Shown piece after piece: positions 10,451 to 22,853 of a stretch of 64,000 nucleotides of DNA. The notes under the pieces were generated by a model. It saw nothing but the letters and a program-made list of their open reading frames with translations. It did no database searches and was not told the origin of the DNA. This DNA is from Gekko japonicus (lineage: Eukaryota). The stretch covers positions 1,111,760 through 1,175,759 of the forward strand of contig NW_015170892.1 of assembly GCF_001447785.1 (NCBI RefSeq), given 5' to 3'. A program made the translations under genes and the position numbers. Numbering within the stretch: position 1 is the stretch's first letter; every line of letters begins with the position of its first letter.

Positions 10451-13400
10451 CAGGTGGGTAGGAGTGGGACGACAGGAGTCAAAGGCTTTCCTTGGAGGCT
10501 TTTGAAGTCTTAGCCTTAGGCTGAGAGACGGATGAGAATTTTGGTTTGTACCCATAAGGGCGGGAAGACATGGGGGGTGAGCGTTGCCACTGTGCTTCCA
10601 GGGATGACTTAAGAGGATCTGCGAGACCATGGTTTGTTCCAGGATTTCGCTTTGGATAGTTTAGGAGCTGACGTGACTCCTAAATTCCGTGATGTCTTTA
10701 TACTTTTGTCTAGGTCTTGCAGGACCGTATCAGTTGTGGGACTGAAAAGGCCCTCACCTTCAAATGGAAGGTCCTCAATGAGAGTCCTGGTGTCCTGTAG
10801 TAGGGCAGTAGAACGCAACCAGGCGTGACGTCGGAGGGTAACTGCTGAAGTCAGAGTTTTGGCAGCTGCATCCAATGTGTGCTTAGCTGCATTGAGCTGA
10901 TGCTTAGCCAAAAGCATTCCCTCCTTTTGAATCCTGCGAGACTGACGGTTAGCATCCTCAGGGAGGGTTGCAATAAATTCAGACATCTGCTCCCAAAGAG
11001 CAAACTAATATCTCCCCATACATGCTGCATCATTTGAGGTCTTGATGACAAGTGCTCCTGTGAAGGACAAATGCATCGGTTCTGCGGTCTGAGTGCAGAC
11101 TTTCGACACTGGAAGACCGGGAGATCTGTGTCAAGTCCATATCGTGCTCAGAGTCAGTGAGCTCGGTAGGACACAGCGAAGGAGACTGAGGTACATCTTG
11201 TGACTGCTCTCGGCTCGAAAAGTCAAGGGAAGCATCCCCCGTAGGATTCGGTTCCAAGGCCCTCCGAGGGGTCAGCGGAGATTTCGTAGGGGGAGTTTTC
11301 TTATGCTTTTTATGCTTGACTGGCTGATCGTCCTTGCCCTCCCTGCATTTTTTTAGAGGGAGTATGGGCTTCGGACTGAGATGTCTGAACCGAGCATTTC
11401 AGCATTGGGCGGTTGACATCTATGTGACTCGATATCGGGGACTGCACAGCCGTCGATGCCAAGGCGGCAGTCGACACTGACGTATGCCCTGAAGTGTCCT
11501 ATGATGACATAAGTGAAAGTGCTAACTCCAAAAGCGCAACACTAAGTCTGGAAGCGCTTTTCTTCCTTGTCTGCTTCGAAAACTTCACGCAATGAGCACA
11601 AGAGTCCACTCTTGATGCAATTTCCTGAGGCACAAAAGACAAAGAGTGTCCATCGGGGGGGGGGGCGATCTGGCTGCCGCACTTAAGGCAATGTTTAAAG
11701 AAACCCCACCTCTTGGCCATAGGCCGGGGGGGGGAGACACGACAGAGTCCAGAAGGAAATAAATCCGTAGAAACGAAGTCCTTTCACTTAACAAAAAATA
11801 AACGAAGAAAACAAAGAAACTTTGAAGAAAACAAGGAATAGGTCTAAAAGCCCATTTTTTTTACCAACTGAAGCGCAGAAGATCCTACCAGCGTGGTGGT
11901 CAGAAGAGAACTGGTGGGATTGTCGTGCCCCTCCCTTGGTCATGCGCAGTGGGGCGGGCGCATGAATGGGGAGTGGGCGCGAAAATCCCTTTTGCTTTCA
12001 AGAGGAACCGATCGAGATCGGCGCAGGCACACTATATCCCAAAGGTGTGATGCACAGAGACCACGAAGAAGAGCCAAGCAATCTTACTTTGGTTGAAAGG
12101 TAGAAAAGCAGGAAGATCCTTCATGTTTACTATTATTCATTTAACCACAGAAGCACAGATCCACTTTAGCTCTACCAGCTTCCTGTCACATACAAATCAC
12201 CGGACCGAAACCATCCCATTGTTACACCCTTTTACAGCAAGCAACACCACCTTTGCTGTAAACCTCTAAAGTAATAAAAATTGTAATGATTTTAAGTTAT
12301 CATTGAACATTTTTCTGTATCCTCTTTTCACATGACTAATAGCAGAGGCATATGAATTGTTTAGAGGTGTACACATGTAGGCAAAACCCTTTCAAAGTGG
12401 CTGTTGGAAGTGTGCAATCACAGTCAACAATGTTGTGCATAATCCTGAATTCTTAAGATATCATTATACATTCTACAGCAATGCTTCATCTCACACAATG
12501 ACAAAATCTTGACAGTAGATATTTTAATCTGACACTTCTGGGCACTTTCAGCACTGCTTGTGTCCCTGTTCTGACTTGGGAAGTACACCCCTGTCCAAAC
12601 TTCAAACCTCCCAATTTGTGCAGTTCAGTTTAGGTTACTGGCTTTGGAATCCCCCAAATAACTTCTCCAGTCAAGATCCTATTGTCTAGTTTGCCTTCTG
12701 CTTCTTCTCTCTAATCTTCCATCTTCTCTTTTAAGTGCATTCAGTGTACAAGTGTGTGGATGTAGGAATAGTTGCACGCATTCTAGTACTTGATACCGTC
12801 TGTGTGTTTGATATGACTCTGAGGATATTCATTAAACTCTGTTTTGTGTATTCAGATGTCAGTAATGTTTTCAAGTAATGCTTACAAGCCTTAGCCCTTT
12901 GTCAAAATATTCCTTAAGAATTTTCCTTAGAGTTCTTATGCTATGTGTTAGAACCTAAGCTTGCACTCCTTTTTAGAATATGACCCCATTGCAGAAAGGT
13001 TTGCTACTTAGTTTGGCTTTGCCAGAGTGAATTTAGGTTAGACTGGAAAAACAGCTTAATTCATACAGGTACATGTCTAAAAATGTGAGACTTCCAGAGC
13101 ACACAGAGCAACCCATATGGCTTGTGAAACACCTGTAAGATATGCATCCAAAACCGGGGGGGGAATCTGCAGTGACATCACAGTGTTTAAAGTCATCGCA
13201 CAGTGTAACTATTTAAGAAAATGTACAACAATGAAAACTGAAAAGAGAAGGCATTTATTTCATTTTTCTCATGCCATTTTAAAACCTAAAAATGGATATA
13301 AATAATTTAAACATACATTTAAATGCAGAAGCAATTAAAGTCAGATATTAAAAATGCTGTAGCTGCATTGTATGGCACTTAAAGCTGAAAATATTTTAAC

Positions 13401-13814
13401 AGTTTTTCCATCTTTTTCTTTGAGTATATTTCAAAAGTCACAGTTCTGATTGTATTTTGATTTTCTGCACTGCTAGCATTAAATACATTAAAAATAATGT
13501 TATACTGACTTAAAAATTTGGTGCCTTCAAGTTTACATTGCAACAATAACTTAGGCCAAGCCATAAGAATGTTGTGAAGCTGAAAACATGCAGTGCTTAT
13601 AAAGCCATACTAACAGTATTAAAAACCAAAAGTAATATCATCATCTGGTAACTGGCCAGTTTCTAATTTCTCAACCATGAAATACAATAGCTAATGGTAG
13701 CAATAATAAATTAATAAAAGAAAAAAACAATACACATTGACTAATGTTCAAGAAATCTTGCCATATTTTGATCCAATTTGAAAACTTGTTTTTACAGTTT
13801 TTACCTGTAAAAAC

Positions 13815-13879
13815 AGGTAGCTATTAATTGATGAATCTCAATACAAGGTAGCTATTAATTGATGAATCTCAATACAAGG
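13815..13879. repeat. Perfect 31-bp tandem duplication
   Basis: aggtagctattaattgatgaatctcaataca x2. Confidence 0.95.
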
Positions 13880-15489
13880 AAGCTTTCAACTAAAAAGATG
13901 AGGACATCATAAAATGAAACGGTGCTGGGTACTGAGGTCAATCTACTGGGTACTCAATTTTAGCCGATACTATTAACAGGAAAAGCCAATTTACATTTTT
14001 GTTGATTCAGTCACCACTAATGTTCTTTGGAAATAGGGCATTCTAACACCCAGGAGTCAATGTTGTGCCTTCACATGCAACTCTACACAAGAACTTAAGA
14101 ACGGTGTAAGAAAACAATGGAAAAGCTCTACCACTCTGAAGATATTGGCAAGCTGATTCAAGCCATTGCCAGTTTGCAGGAATGTCATGTTTTTTTTACT
14201 AGCTCTACTCTTCTGCCAGTATTTGTAGACTGACACAAAGAACCTCAGCAATTAAAGTTCTCAATAAAAAGCTTCACACCATGAAAAGCCCAATCCACCA
14301 AGAGTCTCTATGTCAGAAGATGGAGATACTGAGTCATAAAAATGTGATAAATCTTAAATTTATTCTGTGGATAATACACACAATTCTCCTCACAGAAAAC
14401 AAAGAGTACATACTTATTGTTGGGATAATTTGTATCTCATAATTCTAAAACAAAGACGCCTCTGTATCCTTATTTTAAAGACTAAAACTTGGAATATATC
14501 TAGGCAGTTTTAACAATACACCACTCTGTATACCCCCAAAGGCTTACAGAAGAATAGTCAAATATTCTTTTAGTAGATCAAAATACCACTTCAGAGATAG
14601 TATGGGACAGCAGTAATTTATTGTCACAAATGGCTATTATTGAAGATTGAGTACATTCATTAACATAAATTATGAAGGGGAAAATGTTTATGTGACTTGT
14701 ATAAGCCCTTTATAGTTTTGTAATAACCATATTTTAAAAGTTTCTGTAACTCGTTTTTTTTTAATCACACATATTTGAACATGTCAAGGGTTGGGGGGGG
14801 GTGTTTTATTTTTCTCCCCCTATAGAGAAAAGTCCTTCTATTTCCTCACCAGTAAAATAGAAATATCCTTACCCTACAAGCACAACGAATGACAACTCAC
14901 TGCTGCCATCTATCTTTGCAGCAAGCAGCTATTACAACAAAATGAAGAAAACATATATAAATCCCTAATACAGATATTTTGCCGAGTGATACTTAATTCC
15001 CAAAGGATGAAAGAAAAATGTATACTATCAGTAAATGACACACATATAAGTGTTATGGAGTGCTGGAAAATCCACCCCATATAAACAGTGACCTAGTTAC
15101 ATAACCCTTTACCATTCCTATTGTTTACCAAGTTCCAATGTAGTATAAATCATAAAGGAATCTTTGGTAGTAGCTCTCCTATATTAGATAGGGTCAATGT
15201 GTCTTTCAAAGGTAACTGCATTGCTCTTAATCTCTTGAGTTCTGGTCTATTATTGCATTCATATCTGTTACACCAATTGCCTACATCAGGTAAGGAAGCA
15301 GAACAGCAATTTTATGGTACAGTGACATCTAAATATATTACATCATATACTAGATAGCCTCTCAAGCATCCATCTCCTAGTTTTCATTCAGTTCACACAT
15401 AAAAGTTCCTTCAATCAGTGACTAGCAACCTCAGTTTCGAGCCTTTAAAAAAAAAATGAACAAGGAAAGCCAGCCGGTTATTTATTTAA

Positions 15490-15790
15490 AAATGTGAAGA
15501 AAAACACACAAGACCCGTATCACCTAGAACTGACATACTTGCAGGACCTCCTTTCCTGGTATGTCTGCAAGCAGCCACTTCAATCCTCAGACCTGTGCCT
15601 ACTTGTCATTCCCTCCTGCAGGCTTCTCAGGACAGCTCCCACAAGATCTCTGTGAAATAGCCTCCCTGAGTCTGTCAATAAGGCACCCACTTCATTGATT
15701 CTCCAGAAATATCATAAAAACAATTATTTAGAAGGGGGGTTGCTGTGGATGACTAATCCTCTGTAGGCTGTTGTAGTTTACTGTAGTCTT
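15490..15790 (+). mobile_element. Degenerate L2-like 3' fragment
   Basis: Resembles the 3' region of the L2 copy at ~40930-41170. Confidence 0.45.
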
Positions 15791-16129
15791 CAAAAGTAGG
15801 ACCGGACCTGCTTTATTTTTTACATTAATTTTTAGCATCATTGTAATCTCCAAATTAATCCGTCAAAGAAAAGTATACTAAAATGCCTCAGATGAATGAA
15901 TGAATGAAGATTATGCCTTCAACCAGAAATGAAGATGAAGCTAGGCCCCACAGTGCAACCTGAATGGCTGGGATTGAAGAACAGACTGGTAAAAATTTAA
16001 ATAAAATATTGAAAGCCAAGTACATGTTTAGAAGTAGGAAGAATGCTGCATTTCCACATCAGACAAGTTTTTAAACAGGGCCTCATATTCAGCAGATTTT
16101 GTTGAGTATGGACCCATGCCCAATTCTTA

Positions 16130-17080
16130 AACAAGTCAAGCCATAGGTTTGCCGACGATTCGGCAATACCCTGAAACCTGAGTGTCTTATTTGCTTTCTC
16201 CATTTGCATATTCAAAAGCCTTCTTTCCTGGGAGTCTTGTCTCTGTTCCACCACTCCCACCTTCTTTTTAACTTTCTTGGTGTTGTGCACAGTTTCCTTT
16301 ATTTTCTCATCTGTTTGTATTGCTTTTTTAGTTAACTCGGCAATCTGTTGCTGTTGCATCGCCAGAGTTTGGTTTGAGACGGCCAACTTCTGGTTAATAT
16401 CATCGAGTCTCTCATTAATCAGCTTAAGCAGTTCCGATAGAAAACATGTCACTCATTTCTTCCGGTCTCGGACTTTGATTCCCTTGCTTTGTTGTTTTCA
16501 CAAACTTTCTCTGGGTCGCAGCCATTTTCAACTTTGTTTATATTAGAAGAACCGTTTCGCTCTTCTCCGAAATAGCACGCGATTCTCCTTCGCAAACTCA
16601 GCTAAGTCTTTTCCGCACTTAAATGCTTCCTTTCCCCCACACCCCCTCGTTTATAGACTCAGTTCATTTGTTCAAGCCAGAGGTTTCCCTTCCGATGTCG
16701 CTTTCGGGGGGGGGAGACTCACTTTTAAGTTTCCCCCCGCTTAAAACACTCTCTGGTTCATTGCTGGTCAGTACTCAGACCTCTTGTAGCATTGCAATCT
16801 CGCTGATCTCCTCTGCTTGTCCTGGTTGGCATCAACTATGCTCAGTAAAAACTTAGCCATGCAGTGGTTGGACCTTCGGGGCAAGAGAGCACCTCAATTC
16901 TCCGGCTTAAACGCCATCGAAGAGGTCGCCCCCCCAGCTCCCCCTGGCCTGGAGCCTATCACAAGGCTCCTCGGGGGTGTCACTTGAGGTGGCACCCCTC
17001 CAGGCCACTGGTGCGCAAGTCGACTCCTCAGAGGTAGGGGAATGCGACCGCCATCGTCGATCCACAGACCGGAAGCTCCC
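16130..17080 (-). mobile_element. L1-clade LINE 5' end (5'UTR plus ORF1 N-terminal part), 3'-truncated
   Basis: Starts GGGAGCTTCCGGT...GATGGCGG (YY1-like); CpG-rich UTR; coiled-coil ORF1 ending LNMQMEKANKTLRFQGIAE. Confidence 0.7.
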
Positions 17081-19127
17081 ACTTGCACACTGTTCTGATA
17101 GGAAGATGAAAATAAAATCAAGAAAGATGATTCCTGTATGCCTAATGGCAAGCTGGGTTGCCAACCCAGCAGCCTGATCATCCAACAGGCAGTTTGTTGA
17201 ACCTGAGCAGGATAGAGTTTTACAGTCTTATACTGTTATGCACCGTCTGTGTTTCAAAATGGACTCCTGGTGAACAATGGCACCACACTACGGAACAAAA
17301 GAACACTTAGCACATGGTTACAAAGCTTGACCAATAACTCCCTCTTATTCAGGGCCTCCGACACATTATCCACAACAAACTCTCAATACCATTAGATGCT
17401 AATGATGGACATACTTTCATTCATTTTCCTGTTAGGCTTAAAACTAAGACACCCATACCTTTAATCACTACTCAATCATTTTATTTACAGTTCTATAATG
17501 CCATCATTTTTTAAAAAACCAAACAACTAAACTCAATGTGCAGTCTTCTGTTTCAGGGCCCAAAACTGAAACTTAGAAAGTTATTCAGCTATTGATAAGT
17601 TATGTATAAAATCTCTCTCTCTCTCTCTCTCTCTCTGCATACCAGACTCTTCTTCAATATGACAGGACTATTCTCAGTTTCCACCTACACTAGACAGCCC
17701 TCTTTCCACCCACACTAACCTCACATCCACTGAAGCTGAAAGACAAAACCTGGGATCGAGACAAAAACTTTGCAGAGGCATCTGTCCATTATGGTTTTCA
17801 GTATAACTTGGTTTTGAAATATGTACTGCAAAAGTGCAAGACAATTATGGCTAAGCCATTCTAAGGTCAGAGCTTTTTTACTCACTAGGGTGTTTGAAGG
17901 GTATAATTTTTCCCCATGTACTCCTCATTATTACATATGCTCAAAGAAATCAATACCAATTTTAACCATACAGCTAAATACTCCTAGATTTATTGAGTGC
18001 TCAGAAAACAGGAAAAAATGATCTGTCCATAAAATAATTTCTGCAAATCTCCTGCTGCATGCAAGAAATGGTTTAAAACTATTGCAAGATTCATTTAAGT
18101 TCAGGAGTCAGCAAATAACCAGCAGTTAGAGAGGTATATATAAAACACTGGTGAATGCTAGGGCTTCTATAAAGTCACACCTTACAGCACACTAATTGTG
18201 TATGGACATTTAATGGCCTTCTTATTGGTTGCATAAAAATAATACATGGAATCATCGCAATATGTCATGTTCTCAAAAACTGCATAGTAAAAAACAATTG
18301 CCTGGTTCAAACCAGAGATTTAGCTTAATGAAGTTGCAGACTGAGAAGCTGCAACTTCTCCTACCAATTCATCCAGCCTTGTGTGTTGCACACTAGTAGC
18401 TCCCCTTACTGCCTAAATACAGGCACTAGGGAGGAAACCCCAGTGAGCTCAAAGGGACTTCAGACTAAATATGTATAAAATTGCACTATACAGCAGATGG
18501 GGGCAGAGAAGTGGATTACAGAACCAGGAGAATTACACACAAAAGCAGCTACCATTTTGCTTCCCACTTTGTTGACAGATTCAAAAAGTGAATTTCCAGG
18601 CCATAATCTGGCAACCATAACTGTAATGTGGGCAGACAGAAATACTGCACTAAAATCAGGAATCTGCCATCACAGCAGCTTGCTACATATGGAAATAGCA
18701 GACTGTACCCTACCATTCCACTAAGGTGAGTGTGGAACCACTACACTTAGCTCTACACTTCACTGAATGGAGTGATAGGACACACAGCCCAAGTTCATAG
18801 TTTTTAAAATTATTTAAGCTTAAAGACTGTGATAAGAATTCTGAATTTTCATTAAGTTCCTGGCAATATACAAACTTTGACTCAATTATACATCCAGCTT
18901 TGCACATAAGATATTCAATAAATGCAGCTTAAAAATTAGTTCCAATACCATAATAAAAGGACAGCATAACTATAAAAGAATTGATGGGATCTCAAGGGCC
19001 TGAGAGATTCTAGTAAGCGTAAATTTCTAGGTTGAAAATCCTTAAAGTTGATGTAGCTTTTTTACAAGAAATTCATATAACGGCAAAGGATAAAGAATTA
19101 CTTGTGTAGGTATTGAGATGGTGATAT

Positions 19128-19849
19128 ATAGAATCACAGAGTTGGAAGGGACCTCCAGTCCAACCCTCTGCACAATGCAGGAAATACACAAATACCTCCC
19201 CCCTCCACACCCATAGTGACCACTGTTCCATGCCCAGAAGATGAAAAAACCCTCCAGGATCTCCAGCCAAACTGGCCTGGAGAAAAAATGCTTCCTGACT
19301 CCAAAGTGGTGATCAGCATTTCCCTGGGAGTGTAAGAAAGGGCCACAAGAACTAAGCACTGATGCAACCCTTCCTGCCCTCCCTCTCATGATTTGCCTAA
19401 GTTCACACAATCAGCATTGCTGTCAGATGGCCATCTAGCCTCTGTTTGAAAACCTCCAAAAGAAAGCCCACCACCTCCTGAGGAAGCCTGTTCCACCGAG
19501 GATCTGCTCTGTCAGGAAGTTCTTCCTCATGTTTACCTGAAAACTCTTCTGATATAATTTCAACCTGTTGGTTCTGGTCTGACCTTCTGGGGCAACAAAA
19601 AAAAAAAACAGCTCCGTACCATCCTCTATATGACAGCCCTTCAAGTACTTGAAGATGGTTATCATATCACCTTTCAGTCATCTCCTCTCCAGGATAAACA
19701 TACCCAGCTCCTTCAACCTTTCCTCATAGGACTTGGTCTCCAGACCCCTCACCATCTTCGTTGCCCTCCTCTGGACACATTGCAGCTTGTCTATCTCCTT
19801 CTTAAATTGTGGCGCCCAAAACTGAACACAATACTCTAGGTGAGGTCTA
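19128..19849 (-). mobile_element. CR1 LINE 3' fragment
   Basis: [31 protein letters not shown]; 3' tail 'TTCTGTGATTCTAT'. Confidence 0.88.
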
Positions 19850-19879
19850 TATGCTATATTGATACAAAAGCATGTTTCT

Positions 19880-20530
19880 TTTCAGGTTTAGTAAGTGATA
19901 ACAGATCCAAATAAATGCTTTAATATTTTGGTAGTGAAAAGTTCTGATTCTATTATTGTCATGATAAACATGTGTGGTCCAAATGTGGACTCCACAGACA
20001 TGTTTCATCAGTGTTTCAGCCACTTGGTAAACTTTACACGTGACTACTCGTTAGTGGGGAGTGATTTTAATCTCAAACAAAGAATTTTCTTTGGTAAGAT
20101 CTACATTTGAAGCCTATATGATCCAACTAGGTTTGATTGATCTCTAGCCTGAATGGACAGAAATTATATTTTTATTTCTTCTGTTGAATCATAATTGTTT
20201 CTAGTTAGACTATTTCCTTGTTACATCTTCCCTGATGCCACAGATTATTGCCTGTGATATAAATGTTATTGTTATTTCTGACCACATCCCTTTATCATTA
20301 GCCTTTCAGTTTCCAGACTGGGTTAGACCACCTGGCTTATGGCATTTTAATATTTCTCTTCTTAATGATGAGACTTCTAAAATACAGATGATGGCTATTA
20401 GAGTGTTTTAATATTAATTAAGGAACAGGTAGTATTTATTGTATTCAAAGGAATGTTTGTAAAAGCTTATATTAGAGGGAGAATCACTGCATATGTTTCT
20501 TATAAGAAGAAGCTTAGAGAAGGGAAGAAA
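19880..20530 (+). mobile_element. Old L1-clade endonuclease fragment
   Basis: INMCGPN..LVGSDFN..SRLDYFL..ISDHIPL..WHFNISLL are APE endonuclease motifs, frameshifted. Confidence 0.75.
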
Positions 20531-21267
20531 CAACATTAACTATGAACTAAATAATATAGTATCAGTGAAAGCAGAATATGCTTTAACTTGTTTGTACCAG
20601 TTATAGTGGTAAAATCTTAGCATACCATTTTGAGCAGCAAAAGAATAAGAATTCTATTCCTTTGATCAAAGATGAGAAGAACACAATACATACTGCCTCT
20701 ACTGAAATAAATTCAGTTTTATAATTTTGATTTTGAATTTTACAATAAAGACAAAGAACTCTCAAAAATATTTAGAAGAACTGATGTGTCTTAAGAGCTT
20801 TGAAAAGTAAAACCATAAAAGTTGTAGAGACTTGTATTTTCAGTTTCAAGAGACCTTCCAGATGGATATGTCAGTGTCTAAGTATTCATACACACTCCCT
20901 TTTACTCCTTTGCGCATACATACAGCTTTTAGAAGCTGCAGCACATGAGTTAACTATGAGGGTAGGGAAATCTCAGTTCACATCCAATGCCTTAGAGAAT
21001 CCATTATCTTCTATCAGCTTTAATCACTCATCTGTAATATGCCCTTCTTGTTGTGTAATGACTGTTGTCCGGTAATGAAAGGGGGGTATAAATGTAAATA
21101 TTCCTGTTCCTCTCCTTGAGCTCTGATATTTAGTATTCACCTGGTACCTTATAGAGGTGATCACATCAAGGAAAATCCAAACTTCATGAAGGGGCAGAAT
21201 TGAGCATAAGCAAAGGTGTGTTTGGGAGAGAGCCCTATTTTGTCCTCAGTGGCACTGGAATGTACGT

Positions 21268-21498
21268 ATTTTTTTTTTATTTATTTCATTTATATTGCAA
21301 CACTCTCCCCAAAAGGGACCCAAAGTGGCTTACATCACTCTCCTCTCCTCCATTTTATCCTCACAACAATCCTATTAATTAGACTAGGCTGACAGTATGT
21401 GACTGGTCCAAGGTCACCCAGCAAGCTTCCACAGCAGAGGAGGGATTCAAACTGGGTCTCCCAGATCCTAGTCCAACATTCCAAGCACTACACCATTG
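21268..21498 (-). mobile_element. tRNA-derived SINE (Squam3-like)
   Basis: (TTTA)n tail, 'aaagtggcttaca..cacaacaa..aaggtcacccagcaagcttcc..actacacca'. Confidence 0.75.
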
Positions 21499-21596
21499 CT
21501 ATGCCCACTATCACTTTGATGAAGTCTCTCTCTCATTTCCCATCTTTAGGTCATGAACCCACATGAAAATTAACACTTGACTAGGTTTGTCATTAC

Positions 21597-21662
21597 CTCG
21601 AGTTTCAACAGCACTGATGCACTTTCTGAGAATAGTGAACCCAATCTTATCCAACTGCGCAC
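21597..21662 (-). CDS. ARHGAP10: ARHGAP10 coding exon (~exon 13), RhoGAP start
   Basis: 66 nt, AG/GT; (S)AQLDKIGFTILRKCISAVETR. Confidence 0.95.
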
Positions 21663-22038
21663 CTAAGAAACAATGTTAAAATATTTTATGTCCAGTAATA
21701 TTTTATAATTTTCCAACAGGAACACAGACTACCATTCAAAGAATGCAAGACTGCATCTAATCAAATTTACTAAAGATTTTTTAAATCACATTTTAAAATA
21801 ATTAAAGTGATATGGTTCTCCCTGAATTTTAAAAAGCTGATCAATTAAGCACTGTATTCAGCAAACTGTGAGAAGAATGAAAGTGCAGCTAGCACTGTTC
21901 CACAAACTTCTGTGCAAGAGATTATGATGTGACATAAACAAGGTGCTATGGCAACAAGGCTGCACACATTCTTGTGCAAGTGAAAGTTACCTTTGGATTT
22001 TATGTCCCTTTTCTCATGGAGCATGAGGTGTTAAAGTT

Positions 22039-22517
22039 AAGAACATAAGAGAAGCCAATGTTGGATCAGGCTGATGGCCCATCCAGTCCAAAACTCTGTC
22101 ACACAGTGGCCAAAAATTCCAGGTGCCATCAGGAGGTCCAGCAGTGGAGCCAGGACCCTAGAAGCCCTCCCACTATTGCCCCCCCCCCCCCAAGCACCAA
22201 GAATACCATGCATCACTTGCCCCAGACTGAGAGTTCCTAACTATACCTTGTGGCTAATAGCCACTTATGGACCTCTGCTCCATATGTTTATCTAATTCCC
22301 TCTTGAAGCCATCCATACTTGTAGCCGCCGCCACCTCCTGTGGCAGTGAATTCCATGTGCTAATCACTCTTTGGGTGAAGAAGTACTTTTTCCAATGCTA
22401 TAATATCCTTTTTGAGGCGTGGTGACCAGAACTGTACACAGTATTCCAAATGAGGTTGCACCATCGATTTATACAGGGGCATTATGATACTGGCTGATTT
22501 GTTTTCAATTCCCTTCC
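22039..22517 (-). mobile_element. CR1 LINE 3' fragment with internal deletion
   Basis: [23 protein letters not shown]; 3' end near-identical to 8060-8165. Confidence 0.88.
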
Positions 22518-22807
22518 CTTCTTTCATGAGTAAAAGATACCTTCTACACATGCAAGCTTTGCATGTGTTTTATTTTCTGATTACATTTATCAAAAGTGGG
22601 GAAGTTACATGGTGCTAAGAATTACGCTGGAATTTTTGTCACCATATGTTCAGACTTCCATCTCCACTCATGCTGGCTTAAAAGCTGGTCCCCCTTATTT
22701 GGCTCCAGAGATACAGCTCAATTGTTCTCTCTTGAAATGATTACTGAAAAAAAAGATTTTCAATAGTATATTATTAACACAGTTACAATTTTAACCCAAG
22801 TACTTAC

Positions 22808-22853
22808 TTCCATCTCTTTTTGCATTAGCTCTGTTCAAATTTGTTAGGAGTAC
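22808..22853 (-). CDS. ARHGAP10: ARHGAP10 coding exon (~exon 12), PH-GAP linker
   Basis: 46 nt, polypyrimidine-TAG acceptor and GTAAGT donor; VLLTNLNRANAKRDG; supplies the phase 0 to phase 1 link needed between its neighbours. Confidence 0.85.

Larger units (their letters stand above)
5174..12072 (-). mobile_element. DIRS1-type tyrosine-recombinase retrotransposon (degenerate, probably chimeric, contains a CR1 insertion and two gaps)
   Basis: Order on the minus strand: left ITR (~11900-12072), gag-like ORF1 with a Cys/His N-terminus (FKHCLKCG...DGH) and an LRRHAWL..LPFEGEGLF region, RT (DLQDAYFH...LPFGL...YIDD), RNase H (HINFLEL, TDNTTA, ADFLSR), MT-like segment (DAFAT..YLFSP), YR (RRVSEL, HSTR, TFIRHY), ICR, right ITR; frameshifts and stops present. 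Confidence 0.93.
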
